From: Thermoanaerobaculia bacterium
GTDB taxonomy: Bacteria; Acidobacteriota; Thermoanaerobaculia; UBA5066; Gp7-AA6
DNA: 64,000 bases
NCBI GenBank assembly: GCA_036395755.1
Contig: DASWCZ010000023.1
Span: forward strand, 7,825 to 71,824
Direction of reading: 5' to 3'
The notes under the pieces are model-generated. The model was not told the DNA's origin, searched no databases, and saw only the letters and a program-made list of their open reading frames with translations. Shown one piece after another: positions 39,482 to 48,433 of this stretch. The position numbers and the translations under genes are program-made. Each line of letters begins with the position of its first letter. Position 1 is the first letter of the stretch.

Positions 39482-40321
39482 GTGAAACGCCGAACCAGAA
39501 GGCGCGTCCGAACCGCCGCCGGTCAGTCGGAGCTCGTGTGGGCGTCCGTCGACCAGGACCTCGAGTATCAGATCCTGGAGAACCTCGAAGCCGCGACCGA
39601 GAGCGTCGGCTCCGGCAACCTCCAGTTGATTCTCCGGGAGCGGGACATCTCGGTCTCCCCGGCGACCGTCGGAAGGATCCTCCGTTTGTTGGACCACGAG
39701 CGGCTGACCGTGAAGGTCAGCAATCGGGGACGGGTTCTGACTCCGACCGGCCGTCAGTACTTGGACGAGCTGCGCCGCCGCGAGACCCGCAAGCGGCGAG
39801 CGAGCGCCTTTCTTCGCGAGGTCGAGCCGGCGAAGCGCGACGAGTTTCGAAGCGTGCTCGACGCGCTGCGGATCATCGAGTCGCAGATGACCGCTCTGAC
39901 GGCGGAGCGCGCGACGGCGGCCGAGATCCAGGCGATGCGGGACGCGCTCGAGCGGCAGCGCGGCAGCCTCGAGGCGCCGGGGCAGGGAGCGTCGCAGGGT
40001 GCCGACTTCCATCAGCTCGTGCTCGAGTCCTGCAGGAACCGTTTCCTGCTCGCCGCCGCAAACGTGCTCTGGAGCTCGAACGAGCAGCTCCGGGAGCTCT
40101 GGTATCAGGCGAACGACCTGACCGGGGTGTCCTCGTACGCGGAACACGTCCGGATTCTGAGAGCCATCGAGGCGCGACAGCCTGGACGCGCCCAGCAGGC
40201 GATGGACGCCCACTTCCTCGTCTTCATCGACGCTCTGACTGCGCATTTGAGCTCGCCGGCTCTGCTCACCGCAGCCGACGGCCCGGCCCCCGACCACCTC
40301 TTGCAGTCGTCTCCAGGGTAA
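39482..40321 (+). CDS. GntR-family transcriptional regulator with a FadR-type C-terminal (FCD) domain
   Basis: It has an N-terminal wHTH (NLQLILRERDISVSPATVGRILRLLDHERLTVKVSNRGRVL). The C-terminal helical FCD-like region includes ...ADFHQLVLESCRNRFLLAAANVLW...MDAHF. It is divergent from the hydrolase array. The start may instead be an internal GTG. Confidence 0.6.
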   Translation: MKRRTRRRVRTAAGQSELVWASVDQDLEYQILENLEAATESVGSGNLQLILRERDISVSPATVGRILRLLDHERLTVKVSNRGRVLTPTGRQYLDELRRRETRKRRASAFLREVEPAKRDEFRSVLDALRIIESQMTALTAERATAAEIQAMRDALERQRGSLEAPGQGASQGADFHQLVLESCRNRFLLAAANVLWSSNEQLRELWYQANDLTGVSSYAEHVRILRAIEARQPGRAQQAMDAHFLVFIDALTAHLSSPALLTAADGPAPDHLLQSSPG

Positions 40322-40374
40322 CCGAGCCCCCGATTCCGGCGGGGCGGAGAGCATAGAATCGCCGGGCTAATCCC

Positions 40375-42969
40375 ATGGCCCTCGCGGCGGGCTCGAAGCT
40401 CGGCGTCTATTCGGTTCTCGACCCTCTCGGGTCGGGCGGCATGGGCGAGGTCTACCGCGCGCTCGACACCCGTCTGGGACGCGAGGTTGCAATCAAGGGC
40501 CTGCCCGAAGAGTTCTCGCGGGACCCGGCGCGCCTTTCGCGATTCGAGCGCGAAGCCCGAATGCTCGCCGCCCTGAATCATCCGTCGGTCGCGGCGATCT
40601 ACGGCTTAGAGGAGGTCGACGGGACGAAGTTCATCGTGATGGAGCTCGTCCCGGGCGATACCCTCTCTGAAAAGCTCTCGGGAGGGGGACTGGCGCTCGA
40701 CGAGTCTCTTCTGATCGCACGCCAGATCGCCGAGGCGCTTGAGGCGGCGCACGAGCGCGGCATCATCCATCGGGATTTGAAGCCGGCGAACATCAAGGTG
40801 ACTCCGGAAGGCCGGGTCAAGGTCCTCGACCTCGGTCTCGCGAAGGCGTTCGACGCGAAGGAGACCGGGCCCGACTCGGATGCTTCTCTCTCGCCGACTC
40901 TCGTCCTCGAAGGGACGCAGCCGGGCGTCATCCTCGGCACGGCGGAGTTCATGAGCCCGGAACAGGCTCGCGGCAAGCCCGTGGACAAGCGGACCGACAT
41001 CTGGGCGTTCGGATGCATCGTCTACGAGATGCTGGCCGGCCGGCGCGCGTTCGCCGGAGAAACCGCCACCGACGTCCTCGCGGCGATCGTGACCTCCGAG
41101 CCGCGCTGGGACGTTCTCCCGCCGACGACGCCGCCGCGGATCCGGGACCTGCTCGGACGCTGCCTGCAGAAAGATCCCAACCGGAGGCTCCGCGACATCG
41201 GGGATGCCCGGATCCAGATCGACGAAGCGCTCGGCGAGATCGGCGCGCGCCGCGCACCGATTTCGGCCTCATTCGCTCCTACTGCGCGACGGAGAACCCC
41301 GGCGCTCGCGCTGGTTGTCGGAGCGCTGGTGATAGTCGGAGTCTGGCTCGCGCTGCGCGGGCGGCACGCTCCGCGCGTTCCAGCGCAGAAGTCCATGGCC
41401 ATCCTTCCCTTTCAGGACTTCAGCGGGCAAGCCGACGGCCAGCTCCTGGGGGACGCGTTCGCCGAGACGATGAGCGCGCGGCTCGGGCGCGTGCCGGGAC
41501 TAGAGGTCGTGACGCCCCGCGCGCTCGCCGGAGTTTCTCCGAGCGAGACCGATTTTCGGCGGGTTTCGCAAGAGACCGGGGCGACCCTGGTCCTGCGCGG
41601 AGCCCTCCAGCGCGTTGCGGACCGATATCGAGTCACGTACTCGCTCGTTCGCGCCCCCGAAGGAGTCCAAGTCGCGGGAGACGCCTTCACAGGGTCGGCG
41701 TCCGAGATGTTCGCGATCCAGGATCGGATGGCGGACAGCGTCCTCGCGTTTCTTGACGTGAAAAAGCCGCAGGCCCCGCTCCGAACTCCCGGTCTCGAGG
41801 CGGGAGCTCAGGTCACGTACCTCAAGGCGATCGGCGCTCTCCAGCACTACGACGCCCCGGCTTCCGTGGATACCGCGATCCGTCTCTTGACGGAGCTGAA
41901 CCGGCAGGAGCCCTACTCCGCCCTCGTGCTCGCGGCGCTCGGCCGCGCCTATCTTCACAAGTTCGAGCTGACGCACGATGCAGCCTGGGCCGACAAAGCC
42001 ATCGCGGCCTGTGAGCCCGCGCGAAAGCTCGACGATCGCGTCCCGGAGGTGCACACGACTCTGGGTCAGGTCCTGGCTCTGACGGGAAAACCCGCGGAGG
42101 CAGCAGCCGAGTTCGAGCAGGCGCTCGCCCAGCAGCCATCCTCCATCGATGCGCTCCTGGGTCTGGCGGCGGCCTACCTCGCGGCGGGCCGGATCGACGA
42201 TGCTCGGAATGTGTACCAGCGCGCGGCCGCGGAACAGCCGAATTACTGGGCGGTTTACAATCATTTCGGGTCCTTCTACTACCGCCTCGGCCGCTATCCC
42301 GAAGCGATCGCGATGTTCGAGCAGGCCGTTCGGCACCGGCCGGAGAGCTCTCGCGCCTACAACAACCTCGGCGCCGCATATTTCAAGTCCGACCGGTTCG
42401 CAGGCGCGCGGAAGGCATTCGAGCGCTCAATCCAGATCGAGCCAAACGCCGGCGCCTATTCCGGCCTCGGCAACGTCGAGTATTTTGTCGGTAACTACCG
42501 TTCCGCCGCCGCGGCCTTCGAGCAGGCTGCCAAGCTCGTCCCCGGCAATTACGTCAACTGGGCGAATCTCGCCGACGCGTACCGATGGACGCCCGAGCTG
42601 AAGAGTCGTTCCGTCTCGACCTACGAGAGCGCGGCTCGCCTGGCGGAGTCGGAGCTGAAGTTGAACCCGAAGAGCGCGTACGTGCACGCGACTCTGGCCA
42701 CCTGCTACGCGAAGACGGGCAAGGTGGCCGCGGCGCACGACCATCTCGATCGCGCGCTGGAGCTCGAACCGGCCAATCCGGACCTCTTTCTCTACGCGGC
42801 CATCGTAGCAAACCTGGCCGGCCGCAGCGACGATGCGATCGGCTGGATTCGGAAGGCGGTCGCCGGAGGCGTCGGGGTGGCCGAGATCGAGCACGAGCCA
42901 GAGCTGAATAACTTGCGGGGACTCCCGACGTTTCGAGAAGCGATCTCCGCGGCGAAGAAAAAAAAGTAA
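40375..42969 (+). CDS. Hanks-type Ser/Thr protein kinase with a TM segment and C-terminal TPR repeats
   Basis: The kinase motifs are GSGGMGEVYRA, VAIK, HRDLKPANI, DLG and SPEQ. A TM helix (ALALVVGALVIVGVWLAL) and a long TPR-rich C-terminal half follow. Confidence 0.85.
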   Translation: MALAAGSKLGVYSVLDPLGSGGMGEVYRALDTRLGREVAIKGLPEEFSRDPARLSRFEREARMLAALNHPSVAAIYGLEEVDGTKFIVMELVPGDTLSEKLSGGGLALDESLLIARQIAEALEAAHERGIIHRDLKPANIKVTPEGRVKVLDLGLAKAFDAKETGPDSDASLSPTLVLEGTQPGVILGTAEFMSPEQARGKPVDKRTDIWAFGCIVYEMLAGRRAFAGETATDVLAAIVTSEPRWDVLPPTTPPRIRDLLGRCLQKDPNRRLRDIGDARIQIDEALGEIGARRAPISASFAPTARRRTPALALVVGALVIVGVWLALRGRHAPRVPAQKSMAILPFQDFSGQADGQLLGDAFAETMSARLGRVPGLEVVTPRALAGVSPSETDFRRVSQETGATLVLRGALQRVADRYRVTYSLVRAPEGVQVAGDAFTGSASEMFAIQDRMADSVLAFLDVKKPQAPLRTPGLEAGAQVTYLKAIGALQHYDAPASVDTAIRLLTELNRQEPYSALVLAALGRAYLHKFELTHDAAWADKAIAACEPARKLDDRVPEVHTTLGQVLALTGKPAEAAAEFEQALAQQPSSIDALLGLAAAYLAAGRIDDARNVYQRAAAEQPNYWAVYNHFGSFYYRLGRYPEAIAMFEQAVRHRPESSRAYNNLGAAYFKSDRFAGARKAFERSIQIEPNAGAYSGLGNVEYFVGNYRSAAAAFEQAAKLVPGNYVNWANLADAYRWTPELKSRSVSTYESAARLAESELKLNPKSAYVHATLATCYAKTGKVAAAHDHLDRALELEPANPDLFLYAAIVANLAGRSDDAIGWIRKAVAGGVGVAEIEHEPELNNLRGLPTFREAISAAKKKK

Positions 42970-42998
42970 GGCGACACGGCTTTCGAAAGGAGGATGCC

Positions 42999-43316
42999 AT
43001 GCCCCAGAAGGTAGGGGACCTGTACTTGGTCGACATCACGCTCAGCAGCAGCGGCTCGATCGATCCGATCGCGGACATCACGGTGGACCGAGGGAAGGAC
43101 ATCGTCGTCTGGATTGGCCCCATGGACTCCGAGGTAGGCATCGATTTCCAGAAGAACCCGTTCGGAAAGCGTCTCGTCTGCGAGGGACGCGTCTGCGCGG
43201 CGCTGGTCCCGCCGCCTCACGGCCCGAAGGGCGAGCCACCATTCAAGTACACGGTGACCGTCGAACTGAATGGCAAGAAGGCGAAGCTCGATCCGAACGT
43301 GATCGTCGTGCCGTAA
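42999..43316 (+). CDS. Hypothetical small protein (105 aa), no recognisable domain
   Basis: A strong RBS GAAAGGAGGA lies 5 nt before the ATG. It is 30 nt downstream of the kinase. It is beta-rich (DLYLVDITL, KYTVTVELNG, DPNVIVVP). A hairpin-capable sequence follows the stop. Confidence 0.5.
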   Translation: MPQKVGDLYLVDITLSSSGSIDPIADITVDRGKDIVVWIGPMDSEVGIDFQKNPFGKRLVCEGRVCAALVPPPHGPKGEPPFKYTVTVELNGKKAKLDPNVIVVP

Positions 43317-43550
43317 CGCTCGATGCCGTCGGCCGACGCCGCCGCGGAAAGGCCGGCGGCGCGGACGAGTTTCGGCTGAAAGACGAGTCTTCGATCTGCG
43401 TCTCGAGAAGACGTTCCGCAGGCTCCGCGTTCGCGCGGACCTCCTGAACGCAACCGGACGGAAGCAGGGAGCTCGCGCTTCCCCACTTCTCGGGGCTTTC
43501 GTGCCGTACTATTTTCCCGCCGCCGGATTCACCGCGCGGCTGGGAACGGA

Positions 43551-44045
43551 TTGGAGCTTCCAATGAAGCGAAAGATTCGCCGGTCCTGGGAAATGTTTGC
43601 CCGTCAGGCGACTCAGTGGAGCGGCCGGCCTGCGGCGTTCGGAATCGCGGTCGCGATCGTGGTCATGTGGCTCGCGACCGGTCCGATCTTCCACTTCTCC
43701 GACACATGGCAGCTCGTCATCAACACGGGAACGACCGTCGTCACCTTCCTCATGGTGTTCCTGATCCAGCACGCCCAGAACAAGGACACGCGCGCGATCG
43801 AGCTCAAGCTGAACGAGCTCGTGGCCGCGATGCCGGGCGCGTCGAACCGGATGATCGACGTCGAAGCGCTCTCCGAAGAGGATCTCGACATGCTGCATCG
43901 GTACTTTCGCAAGCTCGTGTCGCTGGCGAAGAAAGACGTTGAGCTCACGACGTCGCATTCGGTCGAGGAAGCGGCGATGCGCCACGCACGGAAGAAGAAG
44001 GAGTTGGCGATTACGATCGGAAGCGTTCAACCCCCTTCGTCCTGA
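43551..44045 (+). CDS. Low-affinity iron permease family (FET4-like, PF04120-type) small membrane protein
   Basis: ...WLATGPIFHFSDTWQLVINTGTTVVTFLMVFLIQHAQNKD... matches the conserved core of the bacterial Iron_permease family. Confidence 0.6.
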   Translation: MELPMKRKIRRSWEMFARQATQWSGRPAAFGIAVAIVVMWLATGPIFHFSDTWQLVINTGTTVVTFLMVFLIQHAQNKDTRAIELKLNELVAAMPGASNRMIDVEALSEEDLDMLHRYFRKLVSLAKKDVELTTSHSVEEAAMRHARKKKELAITIGSVQPPSS

Positions 44046-44101
44046 GTTCGGCGCCTCACGGCCGCGATCTCCATTTCGAGCGGCCCGTGCCGCTCGTCGG
44101 G

Positions 44102-45118
44102 TCAGGCGGCCTTCTGGCGGAGCAGCTTCCGGAGCGCCTTCTCCGACGCGCGCAGCCGGCCGCGGCTCGTGACGAGCTGCTCGACCGTTTCGGAATGGCG
44201 CTCGATCGTTTTTCCCCGGTCGAAAGAGTCCAGCACCGAGGAATCGATATAGGCGGCGCGACAAACTGACGGCGTGTTGCCGAGGACCTCGGCGGTCTCG
44301 CGTACGGCCGCGACCACCTTTCGTTTCCGCACGCTCGAACTGTCAGAGGGATCGGATCCGGCCCGGGCGAGCATGTTCGCGCAGAGAAGAGTTCCCGCCC
44401 AGGTCCGGAAGTCCTTCGCGGTGAAACGCTCCCCCATCACTTCCTTGATGTACTGATTGATGTGACGGCGCTTGACCTGCGCGATCCGGCCTTCGGCGTC
44501 GAAGTACTTGAAGACCTCTGATCCCGGCAGCTTCTTCAATTTCCGAATGATCGAAGCTACGGCCCGGTCGTGCGTCTCGGCGTGCTGGCGCTTGCCCGAC
44601 TTTCCCGGAAAGTCGTACTCCACGAGATCGCCGCCCCTGACGGCTACGTGCCGGTTGCGCAGGGTCGCGATACCGTAGCTGCCGTTCTCCGAAGCGTAGA
44701 CTTGGCTACCCGGCCGCAGGAAAGACATCGAGAGGATCCGCAGGATGCAGGCCAGGACCTTCTCCCGCGGAAGCCCTGGAAGCGCGAGGTCTCGCTTTAC
44801 GGCCGCGCGCATTTTCGGAAGAGCATCGAGAAAATGAAGGAGCCGGCGGAACTTTTCCTGCTCACGCCGCCGCACGTGCGCGTCGCTGTAGCGGTATTGC
44901 CACCGGCCCGCCGCGTCCCGGCCGACTGCCTGGAGCGCCGAGCCCGCGGAAGCGGCGACCGCCGCGTCTTTCCACGCGGGGGGCAGAACGAGCGAGCGAA
45001 TCCGCCTCAGGTCGTCGGCGCCCGGCGGCCGGCCGTCTGCGGTGACATACCGGAAGCCTTTCCGCGGCGACCCGAGCCGCCGGATCCCGTTCTTCTGCAG
45101 TTTCTCGATTCGCGTCAT
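44102..45118 (-). CDS. Bacterial type IB DNA topoisomerase (poxvirus-like TopIB)
   Basis: It has the core ...IATLRNRHV..., TAKDFRTWAGT and a catalytic Tyr context SVCRAAYIDS. The start was chosen at the ATG at 45118 (MTRIEKLQKNGIRRLG, 338 aa), preceded by GGGGGA. The tracked ORF has a 65-aa extension. Confidence 0.75.
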   Translation of the reverse strand: MTRIEKLQKNGIRRLGSPRKGFRYVTADGRPPGADDLRRIRSLVLPPAWKDAAVAASAGSALQAVGRDAAGRWQYRYSDAHVRRREQEKFRRLLHFLDALPKMRAAVKRDLALPGLPREKVLACILRILSMSFLRPGSQVYASENGSYGIATLRNRHVAVRGGDLVEYDFPGKSGKRQHAETHDRAVASIIRKLKKLPGSEVFKYFDAEGRIAQVKRRHINQYIKEVMGERFTAKDFRTWAGTLLCANMLARAGSDPSDSSSVRKRKVVAAVRETAEVLGNTPSVCRAAYIDSSVLDSFDRGKTIERHSETVEQLVTSRGRLRASEKALRKLLRQKAA

Positions 45119-45421
45119 CGATCCCCCAGGCGTCGGAGGCAAATCAAGAAGAGTGCCAGAGCGTCCGCGCGAGCCGGCCGCCGGGGCCACAAAAACTTCG
45201 ACGCGCCGGCGCTCGCGCACCGGCTCGATCTCCTTCCTTCGCCCGAAGTTGTTGAGCCCGCTTCTTTGGATTCCGTGCCAGGACGCGATCCGATCCTGGC
45301 TCGATTTTTCCACGCGACGCCCCGTGGCTCATCTTTTGCTGCTCCCCGACTGTGCCCTCACCCAGAACCTTTCATCCGAGTCAGGGCGGTTTTCGAGAGA
45401 CAACGAAAGGAGGAGATTCCG

Positions 45422-45769
45422 TTGCCTCAAGGTAAAGGAGAAGGAAGAGGGTTCGCCGGAATGGACGAAGAGAGAAGGAGACAAGTGGCGCGAATGGGCG
45501 GCCGCGCCGCGCATCAGAAAGGGACTGCGCACGAGTTCTCTCCGGAAGAGGCCCGGGAGGCGGGAAGGAAAGGTGGTCGGGCGGTCAGCCAGAATCGCGA
45601 GCACATGTCCGCGATCGGGCGGGAGGGCGGGGAGTCCCGCGCGGCCAACCACACGAGACGCGTCTCTCCCCACGAGCGCGCGGAGCAGGAGCCGTCCCGC
45701 AGCGGTGAGACGGTGCGTCTCGGAAGGACTCCGCGTGACGAAGAGTCCGAAGAGAGCGAGCGGAGCTAG
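45422..45769 (+). CDS. KGG-repeat general stress protein (YciG-like)
   Basis: ...GRGFAGMDEERRRQVARMGGRAAHQKGTAHEFSPEEAREAGRKGGRAVSQNREHMSAIGREGG... has the GG/KGG repeat architecture. There is a TTG at 45422 with AAGGAGGA 7 nt upstream; the alternative is the ATG at 45461. It is part of the tracked ORF 44570..45769, which is mostly antisense to topIB. Confidence 0.6.
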   Translation: MPQGKGEGRGFAGMDEERRRQVARMGGRAAHQKGTAHEFSPEEAREAGRKGGRAVSQNREHMSAIGREGGESRAANHTRRVSPHERAEQEPSRSGETVRLGRTPRDEESEESERS

Positions 45770-45784
45770 AACGAGGAACGACCC

Positions 45785-45949
45785 GTGTCGCAAAGTGAGC
45801 TGAACTGCGATCATCCGGGCTGCCGTTGCGAAGAGGCTCCCGTCGAGCGCGGCAACAAGAGGTTCTGCAGCGAACGGTGCGCGGAGATGGAAATGTCGGG
45901 GACGCCCGATCCTCTCTGCCAGTGCGGACATCCCGACTGCGCCGCATAG
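45785..45949 (+). CDS. Bacterial SmtA/BmtA-like metallothionein, copy 1 (54 aa)
   Basis: GTG at 45785 preceded by GAGGAA. The protein is VSQSELNCDHPGCRCEEAPVERGNKRFCSERCAEMEMSGTPDPLCQCGHPDCAA. The Cys/His spacing and the YCSEACA-like FCSERCA core match SmtA. It is below the track's 60-aa cutoff. Confidence 0.6.
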   Translation: MSQSELNCDHPGCRCEEAPVERGNKRFCSERCAEMEMSGTPDPLCQCGHPDCAA

Positions 45950-46355
45950 AACCTCGGGACGGCTCGAGCGCTTCGACCGGCTGGCGAAACTGCCGTTCCT
46001 CGTCTTCCTCGACCCGCCGTCTCTCGATGAACGAGTCGTGAACCGGTACGCGCTCTTCTCTTGCTCTCCGGAGCCGGCTCGAACCTGGACGACCGGATCG
46101 AGGTCCGGCCCGGGCTGGCGCGCCGGATCGTCCTGACCGCGTTGTTCAAGTGGAGATCCGGGACAAGCTCGATCAGGCGAACGTCACCGGCCACGTGCTC
46201 TTCCCCGGATTCGATGGCGTCTCGCCGGCTGGAACCGGTACTCCACCCCAGAAGCGGAAATCGCTCGCCGAAACGGGATCTGTGTCCAGCGTCACCTGCC
46301 TGCTTTCCCGACCGCTGGCAAGTCCGTTGCTTTAACCCTATTCTGGAGGCGCAAG

Positions 46356-47177
46356 ATGCGCGCGATCTGGACCGGCCACATCACCTTCGGACTGATCTCG
46401 ATCCCGGTCGGAGTCTACTCGGCGATCGAGGCTTCGGAACGCGTCTCGTTTCGACTCCTGCACCGCAAAGACATGGCACCGATCCAGTACAAGAAGTTTT
46501 GCAGCCTGGAGGACGTCGAGGTTCCCAACGACGAGATCGTGAAAGGGTACGAGGTCTCGAAGAAGAAGTTTGCGGTCGTCGAAAAAGAGGAGCTCGACGA
46601 GGTCCAGGAGGAAGTCGGCGAAGGCGACCGGACGATCGACGTCGTCCAGTTCGTCGAGTTCTCCTCGCTGAATCCGCTCTCGTTCGAGAAGCCGTACTAC
46701 CTCGCGCCCCAGAAAGGCGGAGAAAAAGCGTACGCGGTCCTGCGCGACGCGTTGACCGACGCGAACCGCGTCGGGATCACTCGCTTCTACCTCCGCACGA
46801 AGCCCCTCCTCGCTGCGCTCCTTCCCGGGAAGAAAGCACTCGCGCTCGAAGTCCTGCGTTCCTTCGAAGAGCTGCGCGATCCGGGCGAGCTCCCGATTCC
46901 CTCCTCCGAGAAGAAGTCGGCGGAAGTCAAGATGGCCCGGCTCCTGATCGACCAGCTGTCCACCGAGGAGTGGGATCCGGCGCAACATCCCAACGAGTAC
47001 CGCCGCGCGCTCGAAAAGCTCCTTTCCTCGAAGCGCACGTTCGCCCTGAAGGAGGGAAAGGGAAAGGCAGCGGAGAACGTCGTCGACCTGATGGAGGCGC
47101 TGCGCAAGAGCGTCGGTCAGGCGGGCGGCGGCCGGGCTCGGCCCAAGAAGGCAGCCTCGCGGCGCGGAGCCGCCTAG
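46356..47177 (+). CDS. ku: Ku protein (non-homologous end joining DNA-end binding)
   Basis: MRAIWTGHITFGLISIPVGVYSA...FRLLHRKDMAPIQYKKFC... is the Ku core. It has a basic C-terminal tail. A GGAGG precedes the ATG. No ligD is in the window. Confidence 0.85.
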   Translation: MRAIWTGHITFGLISIPVGVYSAIEASERVSFRLLHRKDMAPIQYKKFCSLEDVEVPNDEIVKGYEVSKKKFAVVEKEELDEVQEEVGEGDRTIDVVQFVEFSSLNPLSFEKPYYLAPQKGGEKAYAVLRDALTDANRVGITRFYLRTKPLLAALLPGKKALALEVLRSFEELRDPGELPIPSSEKKSAEVKMARLLIDQLSTEEWDPAQHPNEYRRALEKLLSSKRTFALKEGKGKAAENVVDLMEALRKSVGQAGGGRARPKKAASRRGAA

Positions 47178-47200
47178 GAAAGATCCAGGAAAAAGAAGCA

Positions 47201-47413
47201 ATGCGGCGAGACGTATTCGTCACGGGCGGCGTCGTCCTCGGAACGCTCTTTGCGCTCGCAATCGGCGCAGGCTGGAAGAAACGGAGTGCCCCCGTCGCGC
47301 CCCTTACGACGAAAGCGATCTGCGCCGGCAAGGTTCGGACGTCCGCGCGGGCCCGGGTCGAACGGCCCACCGACGACCTGCTCGATCGCTATCGGCGTGC
47401 GGCGGCGATCTAG
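47201..47413 (+). CDS. Hypothetical small membrane protein (70 aa)
   Basis: The ATG lies 24 nt after the ku stop, with purine-rich AGGAAAAAGAAG upstream. It has one TM helix (VFVTGGVVLGTLFALAIGAGW). Its stop is 4 nt before the next gene. Confidence 0.4.
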   Translation: MRRDVFVTGGVVLGTLFALAIGAGWKKRSAPVAPLTTKAICAGKVRTSARARVERPTDDLLDRYRRAAAI

Positions 47414-47416
47414 CAG

Positions 47417-48352
47417 ATGGCGCGCCGTCGCCGAGCGCCGGTCCGTCGTCACCTGCAGCGGGCGGTCATTCGCGCGCTGCGCCGCAGCTTCCCACGCTTG
47501 GGACGTCTCTCGCCGTTCTTCTCCTCGCTTTTGGCGGAGCTCCTTTTCCGAACGCCGCCCCGATCTCCTCGGCTGAGGCGCGAGGAGCGCGCGCTCTTTT
47601 CGGGCAGATACTCGAAGACTCCGTTTCGGTCCGGGTCGCTTCCCACGTGGACCTGGGGAAAGGGCCCGGCCGTCCTTCTGGTACACGGCTGGGGCGGCCA
47701 CGCCGGCCGGCTGACGCCGTTCGTTGGACCCCTGACGGACGCCGGCTTTTCGGTCGTGGCGTTCGACGCGCCGGGCCACGGTTCCGCGGCGGGGCGGCGG
47801 TCTTCGCTGCCGGAAATGGTGGAAGCGATCCGGGCGGTCGCCGCGACGGCCGGACCGTTTCACGCGGTCGTGGGGCACTCCCTGGGAGCCACCGCATGCG
47901 CGCTCGCCATCAAGTCGGGCCTGCCGGTGTCGTGCGTCGTCCTGCTCGCCCCTGCCGCCGATCTGGAAAAGTACTCCGGGCGCTTCGCGCGGATCCTCCA
48001 CATCCCCGCCCCCGTGCGCGACTCGATGAAAAAGCGGCTCGAGCGGCGCTACAACATCACCTGGACCGATTTGCGCATTTCCGGGCGCCTCCTGGCCGGC
48101 GGAGTCTCTCTTCTCGTCTTCCACGATCGCGGCGACGTCCGGGTGCCGCTCCGCGACGGGCTCGAGGTCGTCGCGAGCTGGCCGAAAGCGGAGCTCGTGC
48201 GAACCCGCGGCCTCGGTCATCACCGGATCCTCCGGGATCCGAAGGTCATCGCGCGCGCCGTCGCCTTTCTCGGCGGCAGTACCGCCGTGCGCCCGGCATC
48301 GCCGTCCGTCCGGCGCCGCCCCGTTCGCCTGCGTCCGGTGATCGTTTCCTGA
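47417..48352 (+). CDS. Alpha/beta-fold hydrolase
   Basis: It has an HG oxyanion motif (VLLVHGWGGHAGR) and the nucleophile elbow GHSLGA. A C-terminal His region is present (GLGHHR). Confidence 0.7.
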   Translation: MARRRRAPVRRHLQRAVIRALRRSFPRLGRLSPFFSSLLAELLFRTPPRSPRLRREERALFSGRYSKTPFRSGSLPTWTWGKGPAVLLVHGWGGHAGRLTPFVGPLTDAGFSVVAFDAPGHGSAAGRRSSLPEMVEAIRAVAATAGPFHAVVGHSLGATACALAIKSGLPVSCVVLLAPAADLEKYSGRFARILHIPAPVRDSMKKRLERRYNITWTDLRISGRLLAGGVSLLVFHDRGDVRVPLRDGLEVVASWPKAELVRTRGLGHHRILRDPKVIARAVAFLGGSTAVRPASPSVRRRPVRLRPVIVS

Positions 48353-48433
48353 AGACTTCGGTGCTCCCGAAGACGGCATGGGTCGACCGGATCGAGCCGG
48401 TGACGCAGCGCTGAAGTCGCCTTCGGAGAGAGG

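Noticed and set aside
44570-45421. 399-aa plus-strand ORF 44570..45769 as one protein
   Set aside because: The first about 280 codons are antisense to the topIB gene and featureless. Only the C-terminal 115 codons (KGG protein) have a motif match and an RBS.
46061-47413. 450-aa tracked ORF spanning the ku region
   Set aside because: It is a different frame from the genuine Ku ORF (46356..47177) over most of its length and is low complexity. Only its last 70 codons (47201..47413) are a plausible small membrane protein.
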